Notes: generated by a model from the letters alone, not told the origin. A stretch of 64,000 nt of DNA from Deltaproteobacteria bacterium (GCA_021780755.1 JAJXYF010000039.1:11529-75528); one strand, 5' to 3'; positions 10,091 to 19,953 are shown, numbered from the stretch's first letter. Made by a program: numbers and translations.

Positions 10091-11005
10091 ATGTCGTTAA
10101 AGCGAATCGGAATTCTCGCCGGCCTCGCGATCGCTGTCCTGATCGCGATCAACCTCGCCCTCCATTTCGGGCAGATTTATCACGACCGGCTCCCCTACGA
10201 CGTCAATCGCGAATTCCCGCCCAGCAAGACCTTCATCCCCGGTGAGGTTTACGCGACCACGCTTGCCGAGATCGTCGATCACGAATTGCATAGCGGCTTC
10301 GGATGGCGTCCCAACGATCTTTTCTTTTGGGGGCCGACCCTGATGGCGGACAACAACGCGTCGCGGCAGATTGGAATCATCATGGCGGTGCGCGAAACCT
10401 CGCGCGTGTTCAAAGACGATCTCACGAAGATTTCATCGAACGAATACGATCCGAATCTCGTGATTGCCGACACCGACTTTCGCAATGATGCCGGGCGCTG
10501 GATCCTGCCCTCGCCCGAAAGCAAATACGCCGATGGCGTGAAGCACTTGCGGCTCTATGTCGCCGGCCTTCACGCGAATCCCCAGACCTCGCGCCCACTC
10601 AATCAGCGCAACGTTGAACTAATCACGCTGTTTGAGGCGTGGACCGATTTGCTCGGAGACGCGCACGCGATGCTCTACATGGCGAAAAATCCCGACGGCA
10701 GCCGGGTTCATGCATGGCAGGACGACGATTATTTCTATCATGCGCAGGGCTATGCTGACGTGATTTACTACATGCTCATCGCAGTGCGCCGCGAATATCA
10801 TCAGACCCAGGCGGTCAAGCCGGTGATTGAGCAACTGATGGACGAGACGCTCACTCCGCTCCAGCGCGCCGCGACGATGAAGCCGCTAATCGTCCTCGAC
10901 GGATCGGAAACCGGAATCTTCGCGAATCATCGGCACAACCTCGACGCCTACATTTCGGAAGCGCGCCAGAAGATGTATTCGATCCGCGAAGAGCTCGAGC
11001 GGTAG
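10091..11005 (+). CDS. DUF2333-like membrane-anchored protein
   Basis: N-terminal TM; GWRPND, DN..SRQIG, WILPSPESKY, DDYFYHAQG, PLIVLDG...IFANHR. Confidence 0.7.
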   Translation: MSLKRIGILAGLAIAVLIAINLALHFGQIYHDRLPYDVNREFPPSKTFIPGEVYATTLAEIVDHELHSGFGWRPNDLFFWGPTLMADNNASRQIGIIMAVRETSRVFKDDLTKISSNEYDPNLVIADTDFRNDAGRWILPSPESKYADGVKHLRLYVAGLHANPQTSRPLNQRNVELITLFEAWTDLLGDAHAMLYMAKNPDGSRVHAWQDDDYFYHAQGYADVIYYMLIAVRREYHQTQAVKPVIEQLMDETLTPLQRAATMKPLIVLDGSETGIFANHRHNLDAYISEARQKMYSIREELER

Positions 11006-11009
11006 CGCG

Positions 11010-12872
11010 CTATTTCGAAATCGGACTGAGCAACATCAGGCCGCCCCGCGCAAGCAGCCGCGTCAGCGCGGGAACCCATCGATGCGGTACGCCCGCCAAA
11101 TCCGCCCCAAGCGCATACGCCCACGAAAGCTCGGAGCGACCCTCGGAGGCCTCGGCGGCCAGTGCGCTAAAACGTACGCCGGATTTCGCGAAAGTCACGT
11201 TCAACGCGGAAATCAGCGACGGCGACGGATACGGCACCAGTTCGTGTACTTCGCCCGGCTTCAATCCGGCCTTCTCGCGAGCGATCTCAACCGCGCGGCC
11301 CAGTCCACCCAGTTCGTCGATCAGCCCGCGCGCCTTTGCCGCGACTCCGCTCCAGACGCGCCCTCGCGCGACTTCCTCGGCCTGCGCCGCCGCGAACTTG
11401 CGGCCCTCCGCGACCTTGGCCGTGAAGTTGCCGTAGAGCTCGCCGACGACCTCATTCAATTGCGCAAGTTCCGCCGTGCTCAGAGGACGGGACCACGAAA
11501 GCGCGTCGCTGATTTCGTCGGTCTTGACCGTGTCCATGCCGACGCCCAGGCGCTCGAGCAGCGCGCGCAGGCTGAACTTCGTGTACACCACGCCGATCGA
11601 ACCGGTAATGGTGGCCGGCTCGGCAACGATCGCGTCGGCGCCCATCGCCACGTAGTACCCACCCGATCCGGCGACGTCGCCCATCGAAACGACCACCGGC
11701 TTGCCGCGCTTTTGCGCCTCCCGCACGGCGCGCCACACCAGGTCGGATCCGACGGCGGACCCACCCGGCGAGTTGACGCGAAATACGATCGCGCGGACGT
11801 CGTCGTCTTTCGCCGCCCGCAGGATTTCGTTCGCGGTGCGTTCTCCGCTGATAAATTCTCCCGCCATCGGGGGCTCACCGCTGACCACCGGTCCGAGGCC
11901 GTGGATTAGCGCCAGGCGCGCCCGCGGCCCCGCCGGCCGCCCGTAGGCGACGTGCCGCAGGTAGCGCGCGAGGGTGACGAACCGGCGTTCCTCGTTTTCC
12001 GGGTCGAGTTCCGCGCGCAGGTCTTCGACGTATCCCGCCCGATCGGCGAGTCCGCTTTCGACCGCGGTGCGTGCGCTGATAAATCCGTGCGCGATCAATT
12101 CGCCCGCCCGCGAAACTTCGAGCTTGCGCGCGGTCGCAACCTTGTCGGCCAGGATGGTCTTCCAATCCCCGATAATCGCGTCGAGACTCTCGCGCACCTC
12201 CGGCGACATCCCCTCGCGATTGAACATCTCCGCCGCGCCCTTGTATTCCTTCCATTGCAGGGTCTGCGCTTCGACGCCGATTTTGCCCAGCGCGTTGCGC
12301 AGGAAGAGCCCGCCGGCGGCCACCCCCAGCATCATCAGCGCCGTGTCGGGATTGATAATTATTTCGCCGGCGCCGCACGCGACCAGGTAATCGCGCACGG
12401 TGACGCTATCGCCCGCCAGCACCGCGACCACGCGCTTGTTCGCGGCCACCGTGGCGCGCAGCAACTCGTGCAACTCCTGCGCGGTGGCCAGTCCGATCGA
12501 AGGCGCCGATATTTCCGCGACAATCGCCTTGAGCTTGGGATCGACAGCGGCCGCCTCGAGCGCGCGCCGCAAGTGATACAGCGTCGGCTGGCCGCGGCTG
12601 CGGAGTTGCTCCAATGGTGAGCGCGGTGCGTCCTCGCGCATCCCGTCGCCGATGCGGATCGTCAGCACCGCGTCACCCGGGATTCGCGCGGGGCGCACCA
12701 CCAGGAAATAAAATGCCGCGACCAGCGCCGCCGCGAGTACCATCACGGCAATTCCGGTCGCATGCCAGCCGCATCCGAAAACGACCGCCGCAATCACGAC
12801 CAGCACCGCCGTCGCAATGCCGACCCGCACCTCGCGGCCGATCCGGGACCCATCAATTCGCGGAAACTTCAT
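11010..12872 (-). CDS. sppA: Signal peptide peptidase SppA (protease IV, long form)
   Basis: YKGAAE, RVNSPGGS, VVSMGDVAGSGGYY, TITGSIGV, ARGRVWSG. Confidence 0.93.
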   Translation of the reverse strand: MKFPRIDGSRIGREVRVGIATAVLVVIAAVVFGCGWHATGIAVMVLAAALVAAFYFLVVRPARIPGDAVLTIRIGDGMREDAPRSPLEQLRSRGQPTLYHLRRALEAAAVDPKLKAIVAEISAPSIGLATAQELHELLRATVAANKRVVAVLAGDSVTVRDYLVACGAGEIIINPDTALMMLGVAAGGLFLRNALGKIGVEAQTLQWKEYKGAAEMFNREGMSPEVRESLDAIIGDWKTILADKVATARKLEVSRAGELIAHGFISARTAVESGLADRAGYVEDLRAELDPENEERRFVTLARYLRHVAYGRPAGPRARLALIHGLGPVVSGEPPMAGEFISGERTANEILRAAKDDDVRAIVFRVNSPGGSAVGSDLVWRAVREAQKRGKPVVVSMGDVAGSGGYYVAMGADAIVAEPATITGSIGVVYTKFSLRALLERLGVGMDTVKTDEISDALSWSRPLSTAELAQLNEVVGELYGNFTAKVAEGRKFAAAQAEEVARGRVWSGVAAKARGLIDELGGLGRAVEIAREKAGLKPGEVHELVPYPSPSLISALNVTFAKSGVRFSALAAEASEGRSELSWAYALGADLAGVPHRWVPALTRLLARGGLMLLSPISK

Positions 12873-12929
12873 CGCTCTCATCTTTCCGCATACTATCGAA
12901 GTTGTCCGGTACTGGCGATTTCCAGAAAA

Positions 12930-14255
12930 ATGCGCATACCCGCTATCGCTGTTCCGCTTCTGCTGTGCCTCACCAGTTGCGCGCTGTTCAAGTCAGCGCC
13001 GCCGCCACCGCCACCGCGCCCGCTCTATGCCGGCCGCACGGCGACGCTCGATATCACCAACGGAATTCGCGTCGCCGCCGCGGTCGAACTGCCGCGCGGT
13101 TTCACACCCGATCCTGACTCGCCGCCGAGATGGCTCGCGCAGGGCACGGTCGTTGGCGTTGCCGGAACGCGCGATCGGAAAACGGTCGTGCTTGGCTTCG
13201 GCGGCGACCAGCTGAGCGATATGACCGTTCTCGTGGGTGACTTCGGCCCCGGCGCGCCCACTGGGCACATACTCGCGGCCGCCCCCAACCCCGACGGTAT
13301 GGAAATCGCTACTGCCGTCGCCCCGGCCGACGCCCATCGCCTCGATCTGATGGTCATCGATACGATCAGTGGCGGCAAAGGCCATTCCGTCGCGTCCTTC
13401 GACGGTGACTATCGCGTCGCCGGCCTGGACTGGTTAGATCGCTCGACGATCGCAATCGTGGTTTATCCGTCGGCGCAAGCCACGCTCAACGCCACGGCCG
13501 ATAGCGTCGCGAGCGGGTTGTACGCCGTCGGAATTTCCGGAGTCGGATCGGTCACGCACCTCGACCACATCCATTGCCGTCTCGGACGCTTGAGCTTCAG
13601 CCCGAATCGCCGCTTTGCGGTGAGTGTGGGCGACCGCGAGGCGCCGCCCGCGATAATCGATATGCACTCGCAGGCCTGTGCCGAACTACGCGTGCCCGCG
13701 CCGCTACGCATGCTCGGATGGGCCCCCGACTCCTCGGCGCTGCTCTATGCGGCCCGCGGCGGCAATGCCGGCGTCTTTCGCTATACGGTGGCGACCGGCC
13801 AGCGCACCCTCATCGCGGTGTCATCGGCAGCCGCCGCGTATGCCAGCGACGGCACTATCATCGCGCTGGGCAACGGCCGGCTTTCGTGGAAAAGCATCGC
13901 GCGCGATCCTGACACGCAGGTCAAGGCCGAAATCGCCCTGCTGAATCCACTGACCGCTGTCGTCACGATTAATTCGCTGGGCTTCCAGACTCCGCCCGCG
14001 ATGTTCGCGCTCAGCTCGATGGTTCTCTCGCCCGCCTCGGACAGCGCTGCCATCGACACCTTCGTCCCCACCCCCGACGGCCTGCTGCGCGAACTCATCG
14101 ACTACTCATATCCCGCGCGCCGCGCGTTCATGCTGGCGGCCGGCCATGCCAGCGGCCCGCTGGTGATGAGCTGGTCGGACGACGGCGGCGCGCTCGCGAT
14201 CGTTGACGGCGACGCCGCGCGCGCGATGCTCACCGTATTGATCCCCCCGCGCTGA
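12930..14255 (+). CDS. Putative lipoprotein, probable beta-propeller
   Basis: MRIPAIAVPLLLCLTSC lipobox, poly-Pro linker, repeated SFSPN/GWAPDS/SWSDDG blade-like motifs. Confidence 0.65.
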   Translation: MRIPAIAVPLLLCLTSCALFKSAPPPPPPRPLYAGRTATLDITNGIRVAAAVELPRGFTPDPDSPPRWLAQGTVVGVAGTRDRKTVVLGFGGDQLSDMTVLVGDFGPGAPTGHILAAAPNPDGMEIATAVAPADAHRLDLMVIDTISGGKGHSVASFDGDYRVAGLDWLDRSTIAIVVYPSAQATLNATADSVASGLYAVGISGVGSVTHLDHIHCRLGRLSFSPNRRFAVSVGDREAPPAIIDMHSQACAELRVPAPLRMLGWAPDSSALLYAARGGNAGVFRYTVATGQRTLIAVSSAAAAYASDGTIIALGNGRLSWKSIARDPDTQVKAEIALLNPLTAVVTINSLGFQTPPAMFALSSMVLSPASDSAAIDTFVPTPDGLLRELIDYSYPARRAFMLAAGHASGPLVMSWSDDGGALAIVDGDAARAMLTVLIPPR

Positions 14256-16476
14256 TTCCGCTTCCCGCGTCGATGTGGTTCGCGCGCGGCGCCCGGTTGC
14301 TCCAATAGTCATACGCGACGCGAATCGCCGCCGCCGATCGCTCGAAGCTGTCGAACACCACCAACCCCCGTTCACGCGCGAGTTGTTTCGCCCGCGCAAC
14401 GATCGCCTCGACATGCGCCGGATGCAGTATCAAGACGAACGGTTTCGCCGACGCGCGTCCGAACTCCGCCACCCGGTCGAGCAGTCCCGTCAATTCCTCT
14501 TCGTGCGTCGCCCAGCGCTGCGCCCGCAATCCGGTGCCGACTTCGAGCACGATCGCGTCGATCGCCGCGTCGCGATCGAGAATCCGCAAGATGCGTTCGA
14601 GGTTCCCCGTATGGACCCCGCCGCCGATCGTGCCGCCGGCGTCGAGCGGATTTCGATAGCTGCCGCCGATGATGTTGAAGAAGCTCTTCAGCTCCTCGTA
14701 AGACTCCGCCGACAGCGCTGGTATCTCGAGCCCGGCGCTCGCAAAGGTGTCCGTAATTACCACCGACTGTCCGCCCGTCATCGCCACCAGTCCCATTCGC
14801 CGCCCGGTCACCGCCTTGCCCCGCGCCAGCATCTCCACCGCATCGAGCGTCGCGTCGAGTCCCGCCACGCTCACCGCCCCGCTCTGCCGCACCATAGTGG
14901 TCCACACCGCGGCCGGCGTCGCGAGCGATCCCGTATGCGAAAACGTCGCGCGCGCGCCCGCCTCCGTCATCCCGCCCTTCCACACCACCACCGGATGCGC
15001 CGCTGCCGCGCGCCTCAGGCTCTCGAAGAATCGCCGCCCGTCGCGCACCCCCTCGACGTACATGCCGATCACGCGCGTCGCCGGGTCCGCCGCCATCACG
15101 TCGATAAAGTCCGCCGCCTCGAGCATCAGCACGTTGCCGATCGACGCCGCCTTGTTGATTCGTATGCCGCGCGCCGGCGCTTGGGCGCAAAAATTAATCG
15201 AATGCGTACCGCTCTGCGAGATGAAACAGACGTCACCCGGATTGCCCGCCTCGAGCTCCGGAAAATTGCACAAGCCGATCGCCGGATTGTACAGCCCCAT
15301 GCAATTCGGACCGACCAGCGCGATGTCCGACGCCGTCGCCAGCGCCTTCAGCTCGCCCTCGAGCTTGATCCCGATCTCCTCCGTCGTCTCCGAAAAGCCC
15401 GACGTGAAAAACCCGATTCCACGCACCTCGTTCTCGATGCAGTCCTTCAGTATCCGCGGCGCCACCTGCCGCGGCACGGCGCTCACCGCGTAATCGATGG
15501 TCTCCGGCACCTCCGCCAGCGACTTCAGGTTGACCACGCCCAACGCTTCGATGCCGGGTATTTCGTTGGGATCGATCTGGATCGAATAGAGTTTGCCCGC
15601 GAAACGCTTCATCGCGCGCAGCCACATGTATCCGCCGACGCGCTTGTCCCCGATTACCGCCACCGTCTGCGCCGCCATCGCGCGCCGCAGGTTCTCCACG
15701 CGCCGGCCGTGCCGCTGCGGATCGCGGGCCGCCGGCGCCGCTTGCCGCAGGTTGTCGGCCGCAAGCAGGATCCGTGCGTCGAGTACCGCGAGACCCTGCT
15801 CGTAGGCGACGATCGGGTTGAGGTCCATTTCGATCAGATCGTCGCGGCGCGCCGCCAGTTCCGACAACCGCACCAGCACGTCCGCGATCGCGTCGAGGTC
15901 CGCCGGCCGCGCGCCGCGCGCTCCATGCAGCAGCGGAGCGCCGCGCAATTCGTCGAGCATCGCGCGCGCCGCGCGCCGATCGATTGGTGCCAGCCGCATT
16001 GCCGTGTCGTGCAGCACCTCGACGAAGATTCCGCCGAGCCCCACCACCACCAGCGGTCCGAACCGCTCGTCGCGCGAGATCCCGGCGATCAGCTCGACTC
16101 CCGGTCGCGCCTGCGGCTGCACCGCGACGCCGTCGAAATTCGCCCCCGGTATCCTTGCCGCCAGACCCCGCCGAATGCGCTCGAACGCGTCGCGCACTTC
16201 GCTCTCGGTGCGCAGGTTCAGCGCCACCCCGCCAACCTCGCTCTTGTGGCTGACTTCCGGCGAATGCACCTTGAGCACCACCGGGAACCCGATTCGGACC
16301 GCCGCCGCGGCGGCTTCGTCCGCACTGGCGGCAAACTCCGGGATCGCGGCAGGAATACCCGCCGCCGCGAGCATCCGCTTCGATTCGATCTCCGACAGCG
16401 CCGTGCGCCCCGCCGACACGGCCTCCGCGATCACCTGGTCAACGATTTTCTGGTCCACGTCTGTGGCGTATAGCAA
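14230..16476 (-). CDS. ADP-forming acyl/acetate--CoA ligase family (ATP-grasp domain N-terminal)
   Basis: GFPVVLK...HKSEVGGV, DLNP, then GPNCMG, SQSG, SHTGSLA (phospho-His), NPLD. Confidence 0.9.
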   Translation of the reverse strand: MLYATDVDQKIVDQVIAEAVSAGRTALSEIESKRMLAAAGIPAAIPEFAASADEAAAAAVRIGFPVVLKVHSPEVSHKSEVGGVALNLRTESEVRDAFERIRRGLAARIPGANFDGVAVQPQARPGVELIAGISRDERFGPLVVVGLGGIFVEVLHDTAMRLAPIDRRAARAMLDELRGAPLLHGARGARPADLDAIADVLVRLSELAARRDDLIEMDLNPIVAYEQGLAVLDARILLAADNLRQAAPAARDPQRHGRRVENLRRAMAAQTVAVIGDKRVGGYMWLRAMKRFAGKLYSIQIDPNEIPGIEALGVVNLKSLAEVPETIDYAVSAVPRQVAPRILKDCIENEVRGIGFFTSGFSETTEEIGIKLEGELKALATASDIALVGPNCMGLYNPAIGLCNFPELEAGNPGDVCFISQSGTHSINFCAQAPARGIRINKAASIGNVLMLEAADFIDVMAADPATRVIGMYVEGVRDGRRFFESLRRAAAAHPVVVWKGGMTEAGARATFSHTGSLATPAAVWTTMVRQSGAVSVAGLDATLDAVEMLARGKAVTGRRMGLVAMTGGQSVVITDTFASAGLEIPALSAESYEELKSFFNIIGGSYRNPLDAGGTIGGGVHTGNLERILRILDRDAAIDAIVLEVGTGLRAQRWATHEEELTGLLDRVAEFGRASAKPFVLILHPAHVEAIVARAKQLARERGLVVFDSFERSAAAIRVAYDYWSNRAPRANHIDAGSGISAGGSIR

Positions 16477-16507
16477 AGGACTTCGCTATTTGAAACGTGA
16501 CTCACCG

Positions 16508-17593
16508 ATGTCCCAACCTACGCCCACCCGCCACCGCGTTTTCGTCACCCGCCCGGTTGCCGACGCCGCGCTGCGCCGCCTCGCCGAGACCGCCCGCGTC
16601 GATCTGTGGGACGACGACGCATCGCCCCCGCATGACGAACTCGTGCTGCACCTGCGCGATTGCGACGCCGTCCTCAGCATGGTGAGCGATCGGCTCGACG
16701 CGCCAACTATCGCCGCCGCCCCGCGCCTGATCGCCATCAGCAACCTCGCCGTCGGTGTCGATAATATCGATCTTGCGGCCGCCACGCGCGCCCGCGTCGC
16801 CGTCGGCCATACCCCCGGCGTACTCTCGGAAACCACCGCTGACCTCGCCTTCGCCCTGCTTCTCGCCGCCGCGCGCCGCGTTGCCGAAAGCGACCGCTTC
16901 GTGCGCGCCGGCCGCTGGCGCATGTGGACGCCGCGGCTGATGCTCGGCCGCGACGTCTGGGGCGCCACCCTCGGCGTCATCGGATGGGGCAAGATTGGAC
17001 AGGCGGTCGCCCGCCGCGCGGCGGGCTTCGGGATGCGCGTGCTGTATGCCGCCCACCACTCGTCCGGGACCGGCACGCCCGCGAGATCAAAGCCGCGCGC
17101 CACCGCGAGCGCCGTCGCGATACCCGCGGCACCCGCTGCCGAATGCGTTGAGTTGCCCCGCTTGCTCGCCGAGTCCGATTTCATTTCGCTCAACGTCCCG
17201 CTCACGCCAACCACCCGCCATCTGATCGGTGTGCGCGAGCTAGCCGCGATGAAACGCGGGGCCATCCTCGTCAACACCGCGCGCGGCGCCGTCGTCGATC
17301 AGGCGGCGCTGGTCGAGTCGCTGCGCTCCGGACATCTCGGCGGCGCCGGCCTCGACGTCACCGAGACCGAGCCAATCGCCCTAAACGATCCCCTGCTCAA
17401 GCTGCCCAACGTCGTCATCACGCCGCACATCGGCAGCGCCAGCCACGCCACCCGTAATCGCATGGCCGAGTTGGCGGTGGACAACATCCTCGACGTGTTC
17501 GCCGGCCGCCTGCCGCGCCACTGCGCAAATCCCGCCGTGAAACTCGCATCGCCGAAACGCCCGCCACCGCCGGTCGCTCCGCGCCGAAAATAA
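16508..17593 (+). CDS. D-isomer 2-hydroxyacid dehydrogenase (glyoxylate reductase-like)
   Basis: AVGVDNID, TPGVL.ETTADL, GVIGWGKIG, VNTARG, LDVTETEP, TPHIGSA. Confidence 0.92.
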   Translation: MSQPTPTRHRVFVTRPVADAALRRLAETARVDLWDDDASPPHDELVLHLRDCDAVLSMVSDRLDAPTIAAAPRLIAISNLAVGVDNIDLAAATRARVAVGHTPGVLSETTADLAFALLLAAARRVAESDRFVRAGRWRMWTPRLMLGRDVWGATLGVIGWGKIGQAVARRAAGFGMRVLYAAHHSSGTGTPARSKPRATASAVAIPAAPAAECVELPRLLAESDFISLNVPLTPTTRHLIGVRELAAMKRGAILVNTARGAVVDQAALVESLRSGHLGGAGLDVTETEPIALNDPLLKLPNVVITPHIGSASHATRNRMAELAVDNILDVFAGRLPRHCANPAVKLASPKRPPPPVAPRRK

Positions 17594-17625
17594 AAGCGCC
17601 GGACCTCGGCGGGCCGGCGCCTTTT
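17592..17625. terminator. Bidirectional intrinsic terminator
   Basis: AAAAGCGCCGG...CCGGCGCCTTTT hairpin between convergent genes. Confidence 0.75.
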
Positions 17626-17651
17626 CGATTAGCGGTTTCGTGTCCCGCGCT

Positions 17652-18788
17652 TTAATGCACCAGCACGACGTCGCCCTTGGCCCCATCGTCGGGCGCGTTA
17701 ATCGACCCGGTGCTGTCCGGGACGACCATATCGACAAACTCTCCGGTGACGGCGCCACCGCTCACGCTGGTAATGTAGAAGGCCATAAATCCGGTAATCG
17801 TGACATTGCACTGTCCAGTGCAGCCCGCGAAGTTTACCAGTGGCACAATGACAGCGCGCGGATCGCTTGGATTGAAGTTGCCGGGACTGGACGGACCAGC
17901 GACGCGATCGACGCTGAGGCCGTGCAAACCCTGATTCACCGGGCCGGTCTTAACACCCGGAAACGTCGTCAGTGTGTTTCCGATGCTGAGTTCACCATAG
18001 TAGCCGTTTGCCAGTGCGGTTCGAATTGCCGAACCACCACCCTTGCCTTGACCGCACAGGTCAACCAGTCCCCAGTTGCCCGGCGCGTCGGGCCAGGGAC
18101 CGTTGCCGTTGCCGGCGTCAACGCGGTTGAGAGTGTACGTCGTGCCGGGAGTAAACAGCGAGCCGGTCTGATTATCCACCGCAATCGGCAAAATGTTGTA
18201 CGCGCCGGTCGAGGAGCCGCAGCCTCCGGCAAATGGCGCGCCGCTGCCAGTCGCGCCACTACCAGCGGTTGCGGTGCCACTGGAAGTAGTGCATGCAACA
18301 CCACCGCACGAAACGGTGCTTCCAGGACCTCCGTTAACCGTACTCACAGCCGCGGGAACATTAGCAATCGCTGTCACCTTCACCAATCCGTCAGTCAGAC
18401 CGAGCACTCGTGCAAAGCTGTACGGAACCGTACGCTGAATCGTGACCTGCATCTGGGAGTTCGTATTGATCGGCGTCGCGGTAATTATATCGCTTGACAG
18501 GATGCCGTTCTGGGTCGCGTAACTCTGCGCGGTGGAAGTCGCCGTGCTGGTGTCGTTCGGCAGATAGTTCGCGCCCGCCAGTGCCGCCGCGTCCGCCGCC
18601 TTCTGGAGCTGTCCCCAGTTGTAGTAAAGCACTCCAACGTCCGCGCCCAGCGCCATCACCCCGACCAGCGCCACCGCCGCCAGCACAAAAACGACCGCAA
18701 ATTGGCCTCGCTCATGCGCCGGAAAGCGGCGTCGCAGTCGTTGCCCCGCCCGAGTCGGTTCCCTCCCCTTCGAGTCAGTGGTTCCCAT
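17652..18788 (-). CDS. TadG-like pilus-associated protein (paralog 1)
   Basis: RGQFAVVF...DVGVLYYNWGQLQKAADAAALAGA Tad N-terminus; C-terminal GNWG..GGG..IGNTL.T.PG.KTGP domain. Confidence 0.85.
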   Translation of the reverse strand: MGTTDSKGREPTRAGQRLRRRFPAHERGQFAVVFVLAAVALVGVMALGADVGVLYYNWGQLQKAADAAALAGANYLPNDTSTATSTAQSYATQNGILSSDIITATPINTNSQMQVTIQRTVPYSFARVLGLTDGLVKVTAIANVPAAVSTVNGGPGSTVSCGGVACTTSSGTATAGSGATGSGAPFAGGCGSSTGAYNILPIAVDNQTGSLFTPGTTYTLNRVDAGNGNGPWPDAPGNWGLVDLCGQGKGGGSAIRTALANGYYGELSIGNTLTTFPGVKTGPVNQGLHGLSVDRVAGPSSPGNFNPSDPRAVIVPLVNFAGCTGQCNVTITGFMAFYITSVSGGAVTGEFVDMVVPDSTGSINAPDDGAKGDVVLVH

Positions 18789-18878
18789 AGGCTTTAAGTT
18801 TCTCCGCAATGGTTTGAGAGCGACGCTCTGATTTCTCGCGATGCGATCGCGAGCCAAACCGTTATGTGGAGTGCTTAG

Positions 18879-18893
18879 GCAGCTAATGTGCCA
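18879..18893 (-). promoter_or_regulatory. Putative sigma54 promoter of TadG paralog 1
   Basis: Minus strand TGGCAC-ATTAG-CTGC (GG-N10-GC), about 90 bp upstream of the ATG. Confidence 0.55.
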
Positions 18894-19003
18894 TGAAATT
18901 GCCCATCTATCTCACGGTATCTTAGGCGACGATGACATCAGCGCGAGCAAGAAAGCCCACCTGTTGCAGCAGCGCAACGACCCCGGGTGAAATCTTTAAA
19001 TGC

Positions 19004-19033
19004 GAAGCGGGCCGTCTCTCGACAGCCCGCTCC
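19004..19033. terminator. Hairpin, likely terminator of the decayed TadG copy
   Basis: GCGGGCCGTC-TCTC-GACAGCCCGC just downstream (minus strand) of the remnant stop codon. Confidence 0.45.
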
Positions 19034-19064
19034 TTCGTAACTCGGGGTTGAGTCAGGCGCCGAA

Positions 19065-19195
19065 CTAATGCACCAGCAAGATGTCGCCCATCGCGCCGTC
19101 GTTCAATGCGGTCACGCTGCAGACCGCATTCGGAATCACCAGGCCAATGTCCTGTACTGAGATCGCACCCCATTGACGTCCGGGATGAAAACCAC
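19065..19195 (-). pseudogene. Frameshifted 3' remnant of a fifth TadG-like gene
   Basis: Translates VVFIPDVNG/(frameshift)GAISVQDIGLVIPNAVCSVTALNDGAMGDILLVH*; gap-free match to the paralog 1 end GAVTGEFVDMVVPDSTGSINAPDDGAKGDVVLVH* (14/34 identical). Confidence 0.8.
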
Positions 19196-19399
19196 ACTGC
19201 GCATAACCTTTCAGGATCCTATCCGGGCCGCGCCACACTTCGGCTAATGCACCTTACACATTCTGGGCTTTCCTAACGTTTAACCAGCCCATCTCGTTTG
19301 AGAGCAGCCACATCATCCCAATGCAACACATTTGTTTCAGTATAGCCACTAAAGACCCGTCGTACCAACGGCTTAGTGACGCATTTAGACTGTTTTGCA

Positions 19400-19414
19400 C
19401 GGCATTGATATTGC
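19400..19414 (+). promoter_or_regulatory. Putative sigma54 promoter
   Basis: CGGCAT-TGATA-TTGC (GG-N10-GC), about 50 bp upstream of ATG 19466. Confidence 0.55.
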
Positions 19415-19465
19415 GTATCAAGCCATACGATGCAATCGCAAATTAGAGGCCTAACGAGGTATTCA

Positions 19466-19912
19466 ATGATAAAGAAAGTACTTTTGTTCCTATGCGCGCT
19501 TGGCTTAACGCCCACCCTTCAAGCTCATGCGAGTCCGACGAACAAGAAGATCACCCTAACTTGTAGTAGCGTCTCACCCGACGTGATCATCGGCCAAGTC
19601 GACGTAACGGTTTATGATAGCACTGGACAACTTTCCTATCCGTGCACCAACCTGTTGTCGTGTGACAGCAGCGGCACCGGTCAGGTCATTCCCGGCGCTT
19701 CTGCCACTAATTCAGCTTCTTGTACCCCTGGATTCCGAGTACAAAGCATGAGTTATACCTTGTATTATAGCGATTTCGACTACAGCACTAATCCGCCTAC
19801 CGCCATCGGAAGCAGCACTGTTACTGGGGCTGGGATAATCCTGAAAGGCCCTGCATTCTCGACCCAGGTCGGACCGAATTCAAACGACACCGTTACATTG
19901 GATGTGAAGTAA
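19466..19912 (+). CDS. Hypothetical secreted Ser/Thr/Cys-rich protein
   Basis: GAGG RBS; signal peptide MIKKVLLFLCALGLTPTLQAHA; 4 Cys in the mature part; followed by a hairpin. Confidence 0.7.
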   Translation: MIKKVLLFLCALGLTPTLQAHASPTNKKITLTCSSVSPDVIIGQVDVTVYDSTGQLSYPCTNLLSCDSSGTGQVIPGASATNSASCTPGFRVQSMSYTLYYSDFDYSTNPPTAIGSSTVTGAGIILKGPAFSTQVGPNSNDTVTLDVK

Positions 19913-19923
19913 GAGCCGACATT

Positions 19924-19953
19924 CCAGAGTCGCTGCAAATAGCGGCGACTCTG
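19924..19953 (+). terminator. Stem-loop after the secreted protein gene
   Basis: CCAGAGTCGCTGC-AAATA-GCGGCGACTCTGG. Confidence 0.55.

Noticed and set aside
14275-16473. Long antisense ORFs (for example 14275-16473 +, 28601-29938 +, 33969-35618 -, 43561-45348 -, 57125-59449 +)
   Set aside because: Shadow frames of well-supported genes on the opposite strand; expected in high-GC DNA; no recognisable motifs.
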